A DNA stretch of 64,000 bases from Macrostomum lignano (lineage: Eukaryota). Shown here in pieces: positions 60,881 to 64,000 of the stretch. Under the pieces are notes generated by a model. The model had not been told where the DNA came from. It searched no databases and saw nothing but the letters and a program-made list of their open reading frames with translations. Made by a program: the position numbers and the translations under genes. Where the stretch lies: the NCBI GenBank assembly GCA_002269645.1, contig NIVC01000001.1, positions 1,984,001 to 2,048,000 on the forward strand. Direction: 5' to 3'. The number at the start of each line of letters is the position of its first letter. Positions within the stretch are counted from its first letter, which is position 1.

Positions 60881-62816
60881 CTCCTGTATATTCTTTTTAT
60901 CTACCTCTTTCATGCACTAACTAATAAAATCATTTAATGTATCAGTATCAGCTAATCCCAGTTGCCATCTTATACATGCAGAGCTAAAAATAGCATCAGT
61001 AGGCAGTGGCCAGTTAGTCTATAAGTTCCATAGCAATACTTGACTGTACTTGCTGCGCAAACATGTACACTAAAGGGAGAAGAGACGAAACCCACGAGTA
61101 CGTGGGACAGTGAGCAAAATGCGAAAGGTCTGGTCTAGTCCAAATAAGGAATCCGCTGGCTTCGAGTTCGCAAGGGAAGAAGCTAAATATAGAAATAGGG
61201 AAAGAGAAGATTAGAGAAGATAGGCAAATAGATGACAGCACACAAAAAATATCAAGCATCTAAAACCATCCACTTCATCAATCATTTGCAAGCATTTTTT
61301 ATGTAGCTGTCAAGACTACTGAATGGGTAGATCTACTTGTCTAGAGAAGCAACAGTCAGTCACATATTTGTGAAAGCTTTGAACTACTTGTAACAATAAA
61401 TATCCTGCATGCCAGTGATAAAGATTTCAACAATATATTAATATGGACTGGCTGCTCGGACTGAAATGAACTGAAACGCCTCGGCGCTACTCGCGCCATA
61501 TTAGCCTCGGCGCCATATTAGTGTTATGGGTAGGCTGAAGCGCGGACGCACAACGCAGTTTCACGTCCACAGAAACTGTCTATGGTTGAAAAAGCTTTAG
61601 CTATATGCTTCGTGGCGGTTTCGCAGTCCGCGGAGACTGTCTATGGTTGAAACCCAAATAGAGTTTGAAGCATTCTTCTCCTGGTGGGTGGGAGAGAAAA
61701 TAAGATTTAAACAGCTTTAAAGGTTCGGAATTAGCCATGTTTCACTGGGAATCAATACTAGAGGAAGATATTAGCGGTTTAGAAATGAATGAGATTGCGT
61801 TTCTGCAGCAACTTGGACATCGTGATCCTGGTGAAGAAGTTAGTCAGTGGACTGGTCTGAGCGTAAGACAGCAGCAGTTGATTGACGCAGAATTGTCCAA
61901 TCCAAGCGCATTCAACATTACACCACGCTAGACAGATGTGTCGTGGATTGCATTTTCTAACTACGACCATGTATCTGAGGTAACTATTGATGAACCATCA
62001 ACCACATATCATTGTGTTCCCAAACGTTATTTACTGAATTCTTTCGTTTATTTCGTGTTTCATTCATGTTGTGTTTGCTCTTGCAGTGAAATATACTGAG
62101 ACGAAAAGTTATCCAATTTTACCCATGCTTAAATCAGTCGTGAGCAGATTTGCTTTGACCATAGACAGTGACGGCGGACAAATGTAGAGCGTTTCAATCG
62201 TGTTTGAACCCAGGCAGCCTACCCATAACTAAAGCTGGTTTTGCTGATAAGAGTTAAAATGAAAGAAACTAGGTTCAATGATATAAAAACCATATCTGCC
62301 TCTTACTAAACGAAAAATATTGAAATAATTAATCATTTTAAGGTGCCAAGTATTGGCCAACCAATTTGAGACTATGCTAGGCATAAATGCCTGCTAGGAT
62401 CAATTTGTTTTGTTGCTATTATTGCAATTAACTAGCTTGTGAGCAAAATAATATATCCATAGTGTCAAATTCATTTAACAATAAGCTATACTTAGTAAGT
62501 CAACTAACACTTAATCAGTACTTCTGTATCTAAAATCCACAAATCCACAAATAAAGTTTAGGCATGATATATTTGTTTATAGCTTAGCATTTTTTAGCTT
62601 GTAGTAGGCCTACTTGTACTGTTAATAATGCAAAGTACAAAGGGTATTTTAAAATAAACTAACAATAATGCTACTCATTTGCCTTCAAAACTATATATTT
62701 GTGGTAAGATATAACTGGACTATAGCTATAAGTAGGCCTACAGTATATAAAACTACAATATATAGTTTTAGGCAATTTTTTACTTTCCCACTTTTAAATT
62801 ATTTTGTATTTTTCAG

Positions 62817-63132
62817 CTGATCATGGTGGGCCAACCATAGGCACCATGGTTTATTGTCAACCCTGACCTTCTGAGGCCCACAGTTGAGCTGTATGACCTA
62901 GACATAAACCACTAGGAGCTGATAGGCCTGACTAGTAAGACAGGAATCTATCTTTACCAACTAGGTCAAGGGAATATGAAGTAATTGCAAGGCCAAATTC
63001 TGTGCCATGCATGGTACATCTGATCAACTGTTCAACACATACCTGCAGGAATTCAAGTGGCACAACCAGTTCCCCAACAAGTAGTTTGGCAATATCCTGT
63101 ACTGGATTGCCCACTACTACCCTGCTATGTGA
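62817..63132 (+). pseudogene. Decayed Merlin (IS1595/ISXO2-like DDE) transposase C-terminal fragment
   Basis: Frames read INH*E (for VNHS) and, after a frameshift, VKGI*SNCKAKFCAMHGTSDQLFNTYLQEFKWHNQFPNK*FGNILYWIAHYYP. This matches the Merlin pattern IE..W...K.....HG.....L..YL.EF.WR from memory. Confidence 0.7.
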
Positions 63133-63460
63133 CTTTGTGAACATTTATTTATATGTTTTCTTATTTGCCTTAGTGCCATGAACTCAAATTCATCATAAAA
63201 TAATTTAGAGCGGGAAAGTAAAAAATTGTCAAGTTTTACAGTTTTACAATATATAAAACTATAAAACTAAATAGTATACAAAACTAGTTTATATATATAA
63301 AACTAATTTATAAACTAGTTTATAATAATGAGAGTACTATTTACATGGTACCATGCAAATAATGAGTGCCTTTTTAGTTATACTTGTAGTGACATTATAC
63401 ATGTGCAACTGCTGGCCAACTTGACCAATCTAGTCACGGAAATTTGTAAATTGTGGTAGA

Positions 63461-63891
63461 CAGTGTTGGGCACTTCCATTACCGAGAAACTTGCAAATTA
63501 TGGTAACGCAAGTTACTTTTTTGTAAAGCATTCCTTATGCAAGTTACTTTTTTATTTTAGTAACGGAGTAACGGTAAGTTACTCAAATTTCAGAAGTCCG
63601 TTATAGTTACTTTGCAACAATCGCAATATTTAAAATTAAAACTGAAATGCTTAGCTATTATGCCGGTTGTCACATGTTTTTGCATTTTTCATTCTTAAAT
63701 TCAAAATTAAGTGAATAGTATCATATGGTATTGCGCTTAATTAATGAAGAAATACTTGAAACATGTTTTACTTTGTTAATTTTGGTAAAATATTTTCGCC
63801 TTACATTTTCGTTACTAAAAATTTTCAAGTTTGATTCAAACAAACAACCAAAGAAAGAAATTCATCTGTAGCCTCCACAAGTCCCTCCACT
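63461..63891. mobile_element. Possible hAT-like non-autonomous element (CAGTGTTGGG end, multiple GTAAC/GTTAC motifs)
   Basis: cagtgttggg at 63461 and clustered gtaac/gttac motifs at about 63505-63610. Only a 2-mismatch partner, ccctccactg, at about 63882-63891. Confidence 0.3.
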
Positions 63892-64000
63892 GGCATTGCA
63901 GTACACTACACCATTTTATACAGTTCTATTTATTTTACTCTATTGAATTATTGATATTCGTTTATTTTATCATTTATAATTTTAATTATTGATTGTCATT

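Noticed and set aside
59874-60937. Long Leu/Ser/Cys-rich ORFs
   Set aside because: Translations of the 17-bp pyrimidine repeat.

Overview
Eukaryotic (metazoan) genomic DNA. It has GT-AG introns, GC3-rich exons and very abundant minisatellites (about 14 kb, roughly a fifth of the window by my hand sum). A free-living flatworm-like genome is plausible, but that is inference only. Genes reconstructed by hand with phase-consistent splice sites: the 3' part of a DEG/ENaC channel (+); a tandem pair of nodulin-like MFS transporters (-), the second with a 1-nt frameshift; TFIIA gamma (GTF2A2, -); a 4-exon class A neuropeptide-type GPCR (-); and a 4-exon Ctr1/SLC31A1 copper transporter (-). There is also an orphan ~480-aa low-complexity ORF. 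Mobile DNA: an internally deleted Ty3/Gypsy element followed by two unexplained ORFs, a solo LTR with a 4-bp TSD inside a satellite, RTE-like LINE fragments, a CORE-type SINE, a Merlin/IS1595-like transposase relic, and several MITE/foldback elements, one wrapping an internal minisatellite. The most unusual signals are (i) AT-rich islands depleted in CpG and apparently also CpA/TpG, which looks RIP-like, (ii) a TIR element that appears to have generated a satellite, (iii) a different minisatellite in most of the introns of the GPCR and Ctr1 genes, and (iv) the extra ORFs 3' of the Gypsy pol. No CRISPR array, rRNA or intact tRNA gene was found.
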